DNA of 61,908 nucleotides from a virus. Taxonomy: Duplodnaviria; Caudoviricetes. Positions 25,803 to 34,778 of this stretch are shown one piece after another. Position 1 is the stretch's first letter. Each line of letters starts with the position of its first letter. The translations under genes were made by a program, and so were the position numbers. The notes under the pieces were generated by a model. The model ran no database searches, was not told the origin of the DNA, and worked only from the letters and a program-made list of their open reading frames with translations. The stretch is taken from positions 1 through 61,908 of IMG/VR virus record IMGVR_UViG_3300033067_000570. One strand, 5' to 3'.

Positions 25803-28787
25803 ATGCGCGCAGAACCCTCTATCCGTGCCTCGATTATTGAGGCGCGGACCTACCTTCGTCCGCTCGATGATCAAGGTACTGTTTTCGAAACACCGGAACA
25901 GGCGGCTGACCGCATCATCGGTCATCAGCGATGGCTTTGGGAGCGCGCTAAGGGGGGCATGTCCAAGACTGGCGCCGACTGGCAGCTTCACGCGCTGACT
26001 GCTGATGAAGAAGCAGAACTCATGGAGTTGCGAGAACTTTTCCTCGACCGCAAGGTGACATTTTCCGGCCGCGCACGGTGGCTCGGCGGAATGCCGATCA
26101 CACAGGTCGTAGAGAGCACCGGTTTCAACTGCGCAGGTATGGAGATTAGAAGCGTTCATGACGTTGTTGATGCTTTGTGGCTGCTGCTGCAAGGCTGTGG
26201 CGTCGGCTTCCGTCCGGTCGTCGGCGCTCTCAACGGCTTCACGAACAAGATGGAAGTTGAGATCATCCGCTCACAGCGCACCAAAGACCAAAAAGGACGT
26301 GAGACAAATGTCGAAACGTTCGATCGTGCTACAGGCGTGTGGACAATCGGCGTTGGTGACTCTGCACATGCTTGGGCTAAAAGTATTGGCAAAATTTTGG
26401 GAGGCAAGTTCCCAGCAAAGAAACTGATTATCGACTTTTCGGAAGTACGCGGCGCCGGAGGGCGACTGCGTAACTACGGCTGGATCAGCAGTGGGGATGA
26501 ACAAATCGCACGGGCGTATACAGCCATTGCTGAGATTATGAATAACCGCGCCGGACAACTGCTTACGAGGATAGACATTCTTGATGTCATGAATTGGCTC
26601 GGAATGATCCTGTCGTCTCGGCGATCAGCGCAAATTGCTTTGACGTCTTACGGCGAGCCTGAATGGCAGGAGTTCGCAGTAGCTAAAAAAGATCACTGGT
26701 CTACTGGAAATCCGCAACGCGCGATGTCGAACAACAGTCTGTTGTTTTACAAGAAACCGACGCGGTATCAACTCAGGCATCTGTTCAAGTTGATGGAGGA
26801 GTCTGGCGGGTCTGAGCCGGGGTTCATCAATATGGAAGAAGCGCAGCGCCGCGCTACCTATTGCTCTACAGTCAATCCGTGTGTCCCATATGATACTCCG
26901 ATCCTGACGCGGGGCGGATACATGCCGATCGGCGACACGGTAGGTACGTCTGTAGACGTTTGGAACGGAGAGCGCTGGAGCAGTGTCACGCCGTTTGCGA
27001 CGGGCGTTAAGGACCTGTATCGTGTTACGTTGTCGGATGGGCGAGAACTTACGTGTACTGATAATCACGAGTTCATCATACGCCCGTCCGCGTACGCGTC
27101 AACTGATGAGCGCCGCGTCAAAGCAATAGACCTGAAAGTTGGGGACGTACTGGCTTCGTATCAGTTTCCGGTCGTCACAGAGGGTTCGGACTATTCTGTT
27201 GATGCGTATAGTCAGGGGTTCTACAGCGGAGACGGTACAACGGATTACACGTATTCGTACCTGTACGACACTAAGTACAGTTGCGCCTCGCGACTGATCG
27301 GCCAAATCGGCCCTGAGCGGGGAAATCGAAAGGCGTGGCGGCATGGTCCGATGTTGGACAAGGCTTTTGTACCCATCAACGGTTCGCTGACGTATCGTTT
27401 GAACTGGCTTGCTGGACTTCTGGACGCCGACGGTACAGTCACGCGCGATAAGAATGGCGCCGGTTTTCAGGTGGCGTCAGTTGACGTATCATTTCTTAAA
27501 CGCGTGCAACTTATGTTAACTACGTTGGGCGTACGCGCTAAAGTATGTAAGATGCGTTCTAGCGGTGCGCACGTAATGCCAGATGGGCGCGGCGGTACGG
27601 CTTCGTATCATTGTCAGGAAGCGTATAGGATACTGATTGGTAACACAGACGCTGCCCATTTGATGGAACGCGGCCTAACCCTCAGCAGGCTCGAACATCA
27701 CGGCGGTTATCCGCAGCGCGATGCTAGGCGTTTTGTAACTGTTGTCAGCGTGGATGACCTCGGTGAAGCACAGGATACATACTGCTTTACTGAGCCTATG
27801 GCGAATAGAGGCACGTTTAACGGTATCGTGACCGGACAGTGCGGTGAAATTCTGCTGCCAGATCGCGGTTTTTGTTGCCTGGTCGAAACTAACCTTGTCC
27901 CGTTTAACGGTGACGAGGCCGGGCTCCACCGCGCACATTATCTGATCTCGCGCGCTAACTATCGGGCGACGTGCGTTGATTTCCGAGATGGCGTTCTACA
28001 GGAGGCTTGGCACCAAAATAACCAGTTCCTGCATCTGTGTGGCGCGGGCGTCACTGGCGTTGTGTCATGGGAGCACCAACACGAGCCGCTGGCTTGGATA
28101 GCGCTGCGTGCGGCAGCCACAGAGGGCGCAAACAGCATGGCAGACGAGTTGCACATGCCGCGTCCTAAAAATGTCACAACGGTGAAGCCCTCTGGCTCAG
28201 CGAGTAAAGTTGCGGGTACACACGAGTTCGGAGAAGTCCCAGAGGGACTGCATAAGCCATTGGGGCGGTTCATATTCAACAACATTCGTTTCTCTGAGCA
28301 CGACAGCCTTGTAACTAAACTTCGCGCCGCTAACTATCACACGTTCCCTGATCCGTACGACCCGACCGGCGTTTTGGTCCGTCTTCCAGTTGAGTTCGTC
28401 GGTATAGATTTCGACGTTGTTGATGGTGTTGAAGTTAACCTGGAGTCCGCAGTGGCTCAGTTGGAGCGCTATAAAGTGGTGATGGAGCACTACGTCGATA
28501 ATAACGCCTCCATCACAGTATCCTACGATCTGGACGAGGTTCCCGCGATCATCGACTGGCTCATGGAGAACTGGGACAGCTACGTCGGCGTGTCATTCAT
28601 CTACCGCAACGATCCGACTAAGACTGCCGAAGACCTGGGGTATCCGTACCTGCCGCAGCAGCCGGTCACACGCCAGGAGTACGACGCCTACGTCTCGACG
28701 TTGTTGTCGGTGAGCCTCGCAGACTCGGCAGCTATTGAAATGCTTGACGAGCCGGAATGTGCCGGCGGGGCCTGTCCGATCAGGTAA
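25803..28787 (+). CDS. nrdJ: Class II (B12-dependent, monomeric RTPR-type) ribonucleotide reductase, intein-containing
   Basis: RTYLRP, GR..W.GG, FNC, LLQGCGVGF, RRSA, MSNNS, EPGF, NP|CGEILL, TTVKPSG and C-terminal C.GGACPIR. Confidence 0.95.
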   Translation: MRAEPSIRASIIEARTYLRPLDDQGTVFETPEQAADRIIGHQRWLWERAKGGMSKTGADWQLHALTADEEAELMELRELFLDRKVTFSGRARWLGGMPITQVVESTGFNCAGMEIRSVHDVVDALWLLLQGCGVGFRPVVGALNGFTNKMEVEIIRSQRTKDQKGRETNVETFDRATGVWTIGVGDSAHAWAKSIGKILGGKFPAKKLIIDFSEVRGAGGRLRNYGWISSGDEQIARAYTAIAEIMNNRAGQLLTRIDILDVMNWLGMILSSRRSAQIALTSYGEPEWQEFAVAKKDHWSTGNPQRAMSNNSLLFYKKPTRYQLRHLFKLMEESGGSEPGFINMEEAQRRATYCSTVNPCVPYDTPILTRGGYMPIGDTVGTSVDVWNGERWSSVTPFATGVKDLYRVTLSDGRELTCTDNHEFIIRPSAYASTDERRVKAIDLKVGDVLASYQFPVVTEGSDYSVDAYSQGFYSGDGTTDYTYSYLYDTKYSCASRLIGQIGPERGNRKAWRHGPMLDKAFVPINGSLTYRLNWLAGLLDADGTVTRDKNGAGFQVASVDVSFLKRVQLMLTTLGVRAKVCKMRSSGAHVMPDGRGGTASYHCQEAYRILIGNTDAAHLMERGLTLSRLEHHGGYPQRDARRFVTVVSVDDLGEAQDTYCFTEPMANRGTFNGIVTGQCGEILLPDRGFCCLVETNLVPFNGDEAGLHRAHYLISRANYRATCVDFRDGVLQEAWHQNNQFLHLCGAGVTGVVSWEHQHEPLAWIALRAAATEGANSMADELHMPRPKNVTTVKPSGSASKVAGTHEFGEVPEGLHKPLGRFIFNNIRFSEHDSLVTKLRAANYHTFPDPYDPTGVLVRLPVEFVGIDFDVVDGVEVNLESAVAQLERYKVVMEHYVDNNASITVSYDLDEVPAIIDWLMENWDSYVGVSFIYRNDPTKTAEDLGYPYLPQQPVTRQEYDAYVSTLLSVSLADSAAIEMLDEPECAGGACPIR
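26880..27839 (+). mobile_element. Intein with LAGLIDADG endonuclease at the RNR active-site Cys (320 aa; ends Gly-Gln)
   Basis: Starts CVPYDTPILT; block B TDNH; QGFYSGDG and LAGLLDADG; ends FNGIVTGQ with +1 Cys of NPCGE. Confidence 0.92.
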
Positions 28788-28804
28788 ATCTTCTTCCGCT
28801 CGTG

Positions 28805-28833
28805 TTGACAAGCTGGCCGTTAACTTCTAGTGT
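28805..28833 (+). promoter_or_regulatory. sigma70-like promoter
   Basis: TTGACA, 17 nt, TAGTGT. Confidence 0.55.
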
Positions 28834-28860
28834 ACCCGATAACAAGTTAAGGAGAACGCC

Positions 28861-28992
28861 ATGACTACGATTATTGTCGCCATTATTGCGTGTGGTGCCG
28901 GATTCTACTACGCCACGCACTACGAGGCTGTCAACATGGCTGCTTGGCTTCTCGTCGAGCGCGCCAAGTCGGCCATCTTCCGCAACAAGTAA
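28861..28992 (+). CDS. Small membrane protein (43 aa)
   Basis: Not in the ORF track. MTTIIVAIIACGAGFYYATHYEAVNMAAWLLVERAKSAIFRNK*; strong TAAGGAG RBS. Confidence 0.65.
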   Translation: MTTIIVAIIACGAGFYYATHYEAVNMAAWLLVERAKSAIFRNK

Positions 28993-29006
28993 GCAAGGCG
29001 CGCCTC

Positions 29007-29453
29007 ATGCTTAAAGTACAGTATACGCTCGAAGCGGGCGCGATTTCGCCTGTCTACTCATCTGACGGCGCAATCGGTCTTGATCTATTTGCCTGCATCG
29101 TCAATAACACGGGAGACGACTACGTTCGTCTGTTTCCTGGCGATCGGAAGGCCGTGTCAACCGGTATTCGGGTTGCGATTCCGGCGACACACTATGGTCG
29201 GGTAGCACCACGTAGCGGGCTGGCGTTCAAGAATGGGCTCGATGTTCTGGCCGGGGTCATCGATCCCGACTATCGCGGAGTCGTCTCCGTTATTCTGATC
29301 AACCTCGGTCATGATGTCGTCAACATCAATAACGGTGATCGGATTGCTCAATTAATCTTCGAGCGCGCCGATCGCGCTGATGTTGTTCAGGTTGGCTCGC
29401 TCGATGATACCCGACGCGGTGTCGGCGGGTTTGGCTCGACGGGCCGCCGATGA
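29007..29453 (+). CDS. dut: dUTPase (trimeric)
   Basis: Motifs GLDL, PRSG, GVIDPDYRG, GDRIAQ and RG.GGFGSTG. Confidence 0.95.
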   Translation: MLKVQYTLEAGAISPVYSSDGAIGLDLFACIVNNTGDDYVRLFPGDRKAVSTGIRVAIPATHYGRVAPRSGLAFKNGLDVLAGVIDPDYRGVVSVILINLGHDVVNINNGDRIAQLIFERADRADVVQVGSLDDTRRGVGGFGSTGRR

Positions 29454-29815
29454 GTTCCAGACACGTCAGGTATCGTGAAATGATGCACCTGAGAAATCCG
29501 GTGCTGTTGAAACGACGCCGGATGTTGAAGGACTCAAAGAGGCGCGCTTCAAAAAGGGGTTTACCGCACAATATTGTGTTGGCCGATATTCCGGCGCCGA
29601 CGCATTGTCCGGCGCTTGGAATTGAGCTAGATTGGGCTTCACGTATCTCGGCAGGGAATAATTCTCCGTCGCTCGATCGGGTCGTCAATGATCTAGGATA
29701 CGTTAAAGGCAACGTACAGGTCATATCTGCACTTGCGAATAGGATGAAACAAGACGCAACACTGACACAACTGGCACAGATTTGCGTCTACGTATCAAAG
29801 AATGATAAACCATGA
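29450..29815 (+). CDS. HNH-like (His-Me finger) endonuclease
   Basis: CPALGIEL...NSPSLDR....GYVKGNVQVIS..AN.MK. Confidence 0.75.
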   Translation: MSSRHVRYREMMHLRNPVLLKRRRMLKDSKRRASKRGLPHNIVLADIPAPTHCPALGIELDWASRISAGNNSPSLDRVVNDLGYVKGNVQVISALANRMKQDATLTQLAQICVYVSKNDKP

Positions 29816-30534
29816 CACAAGATGTTGACACCGACGCTATTGAAGAGGCGCGCAAGGCTCGTAAGCGGGAGCGCGACCGAGCGCGATACGCAGCAAATCC
29901 TGAAAAGAAGCGGGAGCGCGACCGAGCGCGATACGCAGCAAATCCAGAGAAAGCACGGGAGCGCGCCCGAGCGCGGCGCGCAGCAAATCCAGAGAAAGCG
30001 CGGGAGTGCGTCCGAGCGTGGCGTGAGGCTAATCCTGAGAAGAAACGGGAGTGCGACCGAGCGTGGTACGTAGCAAATCAGGAGAAAGCGCGGGAAGCGT
30101 CCCGAGCGAGGCGCGCGGCAAATCCAGAGAAAGTACGGAAAAGCGACCGAGCGCGGCGCGTGCGGCGCAAAGCGTCCGATCCTGTTTTATACAAACGTGA
30201 GGTGATGCTGTGTGGCGCTAAAGGGCGTTCCAGATTAAAAGGCCTCGCATTTGACATCACTATCGATGATATTTCAGCTCCAATTACGTGTCCTGTTTTA
30301 GGTATTGAGCTGAACTGGCTTAGCCGCGTTAAAACAAATAACTCACCAAGCCTGGATCGAATTGTTCCTGAATTAGGATATGTACGTGGTAATGTCATGG
30401 TCATATCCGACAGGGCAAACATAATCAAGCGTGACGCCACGCCTGATGAACTCCGTCGTATTGCGGATTTCTATGCAACGCGCGTCGTCAACGTAAATGA
30501 CACCAAGGAGGATTCTAATGACACTGAAAATTAA
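29812..30534 (+). CDS. HNH-like endonuclease with N-terminal 15-aa Arg-rich repeats
   Basis: About six repeats of K(K/A)RE(R/C)DRAR(Y/R)AANPE, then CPVLGIEL...NSPSLDRI...GYVRGNV..IS..AN; paralog of the preceding gene. Confidence 0.75.
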   Translation: MTQDVDTDAIEEARKARKRERDRARYAANPEKKRERDRARYAANPEKARERARARRAANPEKARECVRAWREANPEKKRECDRAWYVANQEKAREASRARRAANPEKVRKSDRARRVRRKASDPVLYKREVMLCGAKGRSRLKGLAFDITIDDISAPITCPVLGIELNWLSRVKTNNSPSLDRIVPELGYVRGNVMVISDRANIIKRDATPDELRRIADFYATRVVNVNDTKEDSNDTEN

Positions 30535-31522
30535 GAACGGATGGGTCGAAGGCGTTCGTCGCGTTAAGACCAACAAGATGGGCGGCGACATGGTGCCGAG
30601 GGGCATCGTTCTGCACTACACGGCCGGCTGGACGACGCAGGGAGATGTCGCGACGCTGTCTACATCGGATCGCAAGGCTTCGGTCCAGTTTGTCCTCGGT
30701 CGCGACGGCGAACTTATTCAAATTGTGCCGTGTGATCGGGTCGCTTGGCACGCCGGACCGTCCAAGTATAAGGGCTTCACCGGGCTCAACAATTCGTTCA
30801 TCGGCATCGAGATTTGCAACGCCGGCTGGGTCAAGAAGCTGTCGAACGGTAACTATCTGGATCAGTACAGTCAGGAGATTAAGCCTGACGGCCATTTTGT
30901 CGGCAAGGACCGTACTACGTTCTCGCCTCCTGGCGACTGGCACCACACGTACCATCCGCGCCTTGCTAAGGGTAACTACGCGTGGGAGCCGTACTACCCG
31001 GCGCAGCTGGATAAGCTCGATGAACTGGTCTCCGCACTGCTAAAGGCGTACCCGACAATCAGGCACATCGTCAGCCACGAAGAAATCGACACTCGCGGAT
31101 GGAAAACGGATCCCGGCCCGATGTTTTCCATGCGGAGGTACACGAAGCTGCTTGAAGACCGCAGCGCTGATGTCACCGAGGAAGCGACTCCCGAGAAAGA
31201 GCCGGAGAAAGCGCCGGAGAAAGCGCCGGAGAAAGCGCCGGAGAAAGCGCCGGAGAAAGCGCCGGAGAAAGCGCCGGGGAAAGCACCGGAGAAAGCGCCG
31301 GAGAAAGCCCAGGAGAAAGCCCAGCCATCGTGCGTCAGCCGCGTGTGGCTGCGTCTTCGAGAGACGCCAAATGGCGACATCAAGGATGACCAAGTCGAAC
31401 CCGGAATGGTCTTGCAGGCGAAACAAGTTGACGGCAATTGGGCGCTGGTCTATGGTACCGATGATGACGGTCAGGAAGTAACTGGCTGGATTCGTGCTGA
31501 GCATCTGCGGAAGGATATCTGA
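30518..31522 (+). CDS. Endolysin: N-acetylmuramoyl-L-alanine amidase (Amidase_2) with EKAP linker and SH3-like domain
   Basis: VLHYT, AWHAG, N..IGIEI, SHEE and KTDPG Zn/catalytic motifs; C-terminal LRETP...W...GWI SH3b-like domain; AAGGAGG RBS. Confidence 0.9.
   Translation: MTLKIKNGWVEGVRRVKTNKMGGDMVPRGIVLHYTAGWTTQGDVATLSTSDRKASVQFVLGRDGELIQIVPCDRVAWHAGPSKYKGFTGLNNSFIGIEICNAGWVKKLSNGNYLDQYSQEIKPDGHFVGKDRTTFSPPGDWHHTYHPRLAKGNYAWEPYYPAQLDKLDELVSALLKAYPTIRHIVSHEEIDTRGWKTDPGPMFSMRRYTKLLEDRSADVTEEATPEKEPEKAPEKAPEKAPEKAPEKAPEKAPGKAPEKAPEKAQEKAQPSCVSRVWLRLRETPNGDIKDDQVEPGMVLQAKQVDGNWALVYGTDDDGQEVTGWIRAEHLRKDI
31192..31322 (+). repeat. 12-nt coding tandem repeat (EKAP)n
   Basis: About 11 copies of GAGAAAGCGCCG and variants. 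Confidence 0.9.
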
Positions 31523-31902
31523 TGCCCATTCTTACGATCATCTTGACGTTCCTCGGCGGCTGGCGGAACCTCGTAGCGGCTGGACTGTTGGCCGCTATGG
31601 TTGGCGGCCTGTTTTACTATGTCAACGAGTACGACAACCGTGGGCGCAAGATTGTCGCTCTCGAACGGCAGTTGGTCGATCACAAGAACGATGTCATCAT
31701 CCTTGAAACCAACATCGGCCTGCTCAAAGACACACTCACCGGTCTCAACAACCGGCTTGCTGAACGCAGCGGTGACCTGGAGAAGTTTTGCGCCATCCTC
31801 GCTGACGTGAAAGCTTCGACCGATCCGAAAGACGATGAACCGGTCGGCGGTACGGCAGTGCCCTTGACGTTCGAACGTCTCAAGGAAATGGAGGCCAAGT
31901 GA
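31522..31902 (+). CDS. Inner-membrane spanin (Rz-like)
   Basis: N-terminal TM segment followed by a coiled coil; directly follows the endolysin. Confidence 0.7.
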   Translation: MPILTIILTFLGGWRNLVAAGLLAAMVGGLFYYVNEYDNRGRKIVALERQLVDHKNDVIILETNIGLLKDTLTGLNNRLAERSGDLEKFCAILADVKASTDPKDDEPVGGTAVPLTFERLKEMEAK

Positions 31903-32231
31903 TGTTCAATTTCGGGCGTACGAAGCGCGCAATCGCCATTCTCATGCTTGCTCCCCTTCTGCTAGCCGCAAAGGGGTCTCCCGGCGGTGGCTGTGATCAG
32001 CCGATGCCTACCGTACAGCAGATCGATCTGAATCTCCCTGACGAGATCCGGCGATGTAAGGCGGCACCGAAGTCTCCGGGAGCCAACGCTTCACGTAGAG
32101 CTACTGCCGTCTACATCGTCAAGCTCTACGACGCGTGGTCCGAGTGTCACGGTGACATCGCAGAGATCGATCGCCTCTACAAGAAGTGGAAGATGGCGTC
32201 TGGTCAATTCAAGAAGAAGAAGTCATCGTAA
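31899..32231 (+). CDS. Outer-membrane spanin (Rz1-like lipoprotein)
   Basis: Signal peptide, Cys, Pro-rich segment and a C..AP...C pattern; overlaps the i-spanin stop; lipobox atypical. Confidence 0.6.
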   Translation: MMFNFGRTKRAIAILMLAPLLLAAKGSPGGGCDQPMPTVQQIDLNLPDEIRRCKAAPKSPGANASRRATAVYIVKLYDAWSECHGDIAEIDRLYKKWKMASGQFKKKKSS

Positions 32232-32317
32232 CACCATCAGACATAGTTCTTCTGATTACAGCGGCGGGGATGATTGTCGTCCTCGCCATCTTTATAAGTG
32301 AGAACTTCAGAAAATGA
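32186..32317 (+). CDS. Possible 43-aa single-TM protein
   Basis: GTG start: MEDGVWSIQEEEVIVTPSDIVLLITAAGMIVVLAIFISENFRK*; its stop overlaps the hub ATG (ATGA); weak RBS. Confidence 0.35.
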   Translation: MEDGVWSIQEEEVIVTPSDIVLLITAAGMIVVLAIFISENFRK

Positions 32318-34524
32318 AGACAATCTCGGCATCGCTTACAGCGGCTGTTCAAGAGTCTGTGACAACGCTTGCGTTGCTTGTCGAGATTGTGCGCCAAGAT
32401 ACTCAGACGTACTACTTGACCGACCACAACACTGACATCGTGTTCGGTGGTAGGACGTATCGCAGCGACATCGCGTTCACTGCGTCGTCGATTTCAAGCG
32501 GAAGTGCGTTGAACATCGATAACGTGAACCTGTCTATCGCGTTGGACGGGGTAGTTTTCGTCAATAGGGACTTCAAGGCCGGAAAATTTCTGCACGCCGA
32601 AGTCACCATTCGTAAAATCAACTTCGCCGACCCCACTGACGGTGCTCTTGTCATGCGCAAGGGTTGGTTCGGCACGATCGAATACAATCAACAGGGCTTC
32701 GCTGACATCACGATTGTCGGTATGCTCAAGGTACTTGACTTCGAGGTAGGGCGCACGTATCAGCCGTCGTGCGACGCTGACCTTGGCGACAAGCGCTGCC
32801 GCGTTGCCGTTGATTGGGGACAGGCCCACTCCGCTCGAAACCCTTATAGCGTAGGTGATTGGGTATACAAGTATGATCCGGCGGCGATGACGGCGTTTTC
32901 TGTGATCAATCCTAGCTTCGAGGTAGACGGTGCGCGCACATATTCACAGACCATCACTGGTTGGACGAAGGTCATGGGAGAATATGGCCGCGTCCACGTC
33001 AGAACAACTGCATTGCCCGGCTCTGCGCTCCTCTTGCCAGCTGTTGGAACGTACTGCTTGTCGGGATACACCGAGGACGTTGGCTCAGTCCAACGGGGTG
33101 CTCGCTCTGTTTATCAAGATCTCGATCTTGTTGCGGGCGGTATTGCCGCCACAGACATCGACGCCGGCCGAATTACGTTCCTCTACTCCGTGGCTCTCGC
33201 GCAAACAGCGGATCTTAAAGATCCTGTTCGCATCAGCATGGACATCATGGATGCGGCTGGTACGGTCATTGATTCGGCAGATACGCGGTACCTGACCCTC
33301 GATACCTTCAACACGTGGCGCGATCGTACGCTTGCTACGCCGTTGATTGCCGGGGCGCGATCGATCCGCATCTACATTCACTTCTACCGGCTCGATGCGA
33401 ATCTGGCAAACTGTGCTGCCGATGATGTGCGCTGTTATTGGTGGAACCACACGACGACACAGCCGCATGGTGGTGTCATCCACAAGGTATCGCGTATCAT
33501 TGATGTCGAAGACGACAACTACTTCAAGTATCCGCTGAACAGCAGTTTCGAGGCAGACGCTGCTGTTATCGCGAACTCGGCAGTCACAACCATTACCGGA
33601 TGGACACGTCCTGGTGCCAGCGACTATTGGCGTGTTCTTAGGACAGCACCTGTTGGAACGTATTATCTTGTCGGCGGTGATTCTGGTTCCGCCGTGCAAG
33701 AGACGTACACGCTCACGCAGACAGTTACGACGGAATCTTGGGGATTGGACCCCGACGTGATCGACCTCGAACGTGTTGTTGCGCGTTTCAGCTTGATGTG
33801 CAAGTGGATCAACACGACAAGTAGCCTGTACGTCTACGCTGAGCTGTTGAACACGTCTGCGTCAGTCTTGGCTACGGTTGACATTGCTGGAACGAGCGGA
33901 ACGTACGAGACGAACGCGGGCGCACCTGTTGTCGCTGAGCGCTCGAAGACTGTCACCCTCCCAGTCGGTACGCGGTCGATCAAGTTCTACATCAAGGCGC
34001 GGTCCCCTGTTGGTGTCTCGAATGCGCAAGTCGGTTTCGACGACATCCGTGCCGCCGTGATCAATGCCGAGGCCCCTGATCAATACGACCCGGTGGCGGA
34101 CGTAGGCGTAGCTGGGACGGCGTTCAGCACGAGTTCCGGTACCTACACGCTTGACGGAAACATCGTCTGGAAAGCGTTCCCTGAGAGCGTGTTCTACGAT
34201 GTTGTGGCATCCGTCACGAACAAGAAGCGGTTCGCCGCTACGACTATCAGCGGCGTGGATGATTTGTTCACCGGAGCACCTATCAGGTGGTTGACGGGAA
34301 ACAACGCTGGCCGTAAGAACGTCATTCGTACGTGGGACACCGCCGGCAAGATCGTCAAGCTGTACTTCGCAGAGCCGGGCGTAATCCAGGCCGGTGATAG
34401 GTTCATGTACACGCTGCCGTGTAAGAAGCGGTTCCTGGCTGACTGCACGCTCGTTTTCGACAACGCCGTTAATTTCAGAGGGTTTCCACACCTGCCTGGG
34501 CGCCTTACGGCTGGCCAGTCGTGA
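32314..34524 (+). CDS. Baseplate hub protein (DUF2163/BR0599, GTA-like) with inserted carbohydrate-binding-like domains
   Basis: N-terminal TDH..DI, R.YQPSCDADLGD.RC; C-terminal C.K.F..C...F.N.VNFRGFPHLPG; two internal N.SFE.D...ITGWT repeats. Confidence 0.85.
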   Translation: MKTISASLTAAVQESVTTLALLVEIVRQDTQTYYLTDHNTDIVFGGRTYRSDIAFTASSISSGSALNIDNVNLSIALDGVVFVNRDFKAGKFLHAEVTIRKINFADPTDGALVMRKGWFGTIEYNQQGFADITIVGMLKVLDFEVGRTYQPSCDADLGDKRCRVAVDWGQAHSARNPYSVGDWVYKYDPAAMTAFSVINPSFEVDGARTYSQTITGWTKVMGEYGRVHVRTTALPGSALLLPAVGTYCLSGYTEDVGSVQRGARSVYQDLDLVAGGIAATDIDAGRITFLYSVALAQTADLKDPVRISMDIMDAAGTVIDSADTRYLTLDTFNTWRDRTLATPLIAGARSIRIYIHFYRLDANLANCAADDVRCYWWNHTTTQPHGGVIHKVSRIIDVEDDNYFKYPLNSSFEADAAVIANSAVTTITGWTRPGASDYWRVLRTAPVGTYYLVGGDSGSAVQETYTLTQTVTTESWGLDPDVIDLERVVARFSLMCKWINTTSSLYVYAELLNTSASVLATVDIAGTSGTYETNAGAPVVAERSKTVTLPVGTRSIKFYIKARSPVGVSNAQVGFDDIRAAVINAEAPDQYDPVADVGVAGTAFSTSSGTYTLDGNIVWKAFPESVFYDVVASVTNKKRFAATTISGVDDLFTGAPIRWLTGNNAGRKNVIRTWDTAGKIVKLYFAEPGVIQAGDRFMYTLPCKKRFLADCTLVFDNAVNFRGFPHLPGRLTAGQS

Positions 34525-34571
34525 TTTCCTGTGATCCCGATCGGTAACATTCTGCCCTAAAACCCCTCATT

Positions 34572-34680
34572 GTGAACTACCGCCAGCTAAAGCAGGCGGC
34601 TTCTGATCCTAGCTACGCCGCAACCGGACAGCTTAACGAACCAACGCCTATCAAGATTGTGGGGGCGCTTGAATGTTGTT
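34572..34680 (-). mobile_element. Orphan IS200/IS605-family right-end (TnpB omegaRNA-like) remnant
   Basis: Minus strand GAAGCCGCCTGCTTTAGCTGGCGGTAGTTCAC (34603-34572) matches the recalled subterminal hairpin plus TCAC end of IS605-type elements; no tnpA or tnpB nearby. The upstream boundary is approximate. Confidence 0.6.
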
Positions 34681-34711
34681 CTAATCTGCATCGCTTGTGT
34701 CTCCAGATACG

Positions 34712-34740
34712 ACAATGTGGCGCTTTTGACGCCACATTGT
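34712..34740. terminator. Hairpin terminator between convergent operons
   Basis: ACAATGTGGCG-ctttt ga-CGCCACATTGT, a perfect 11-bp stem. Confidence 0.7.
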
Positions 34741-34778
34741 GTTAATGCAACTTGTTTATAGCCGACGCCTGGATCAGG

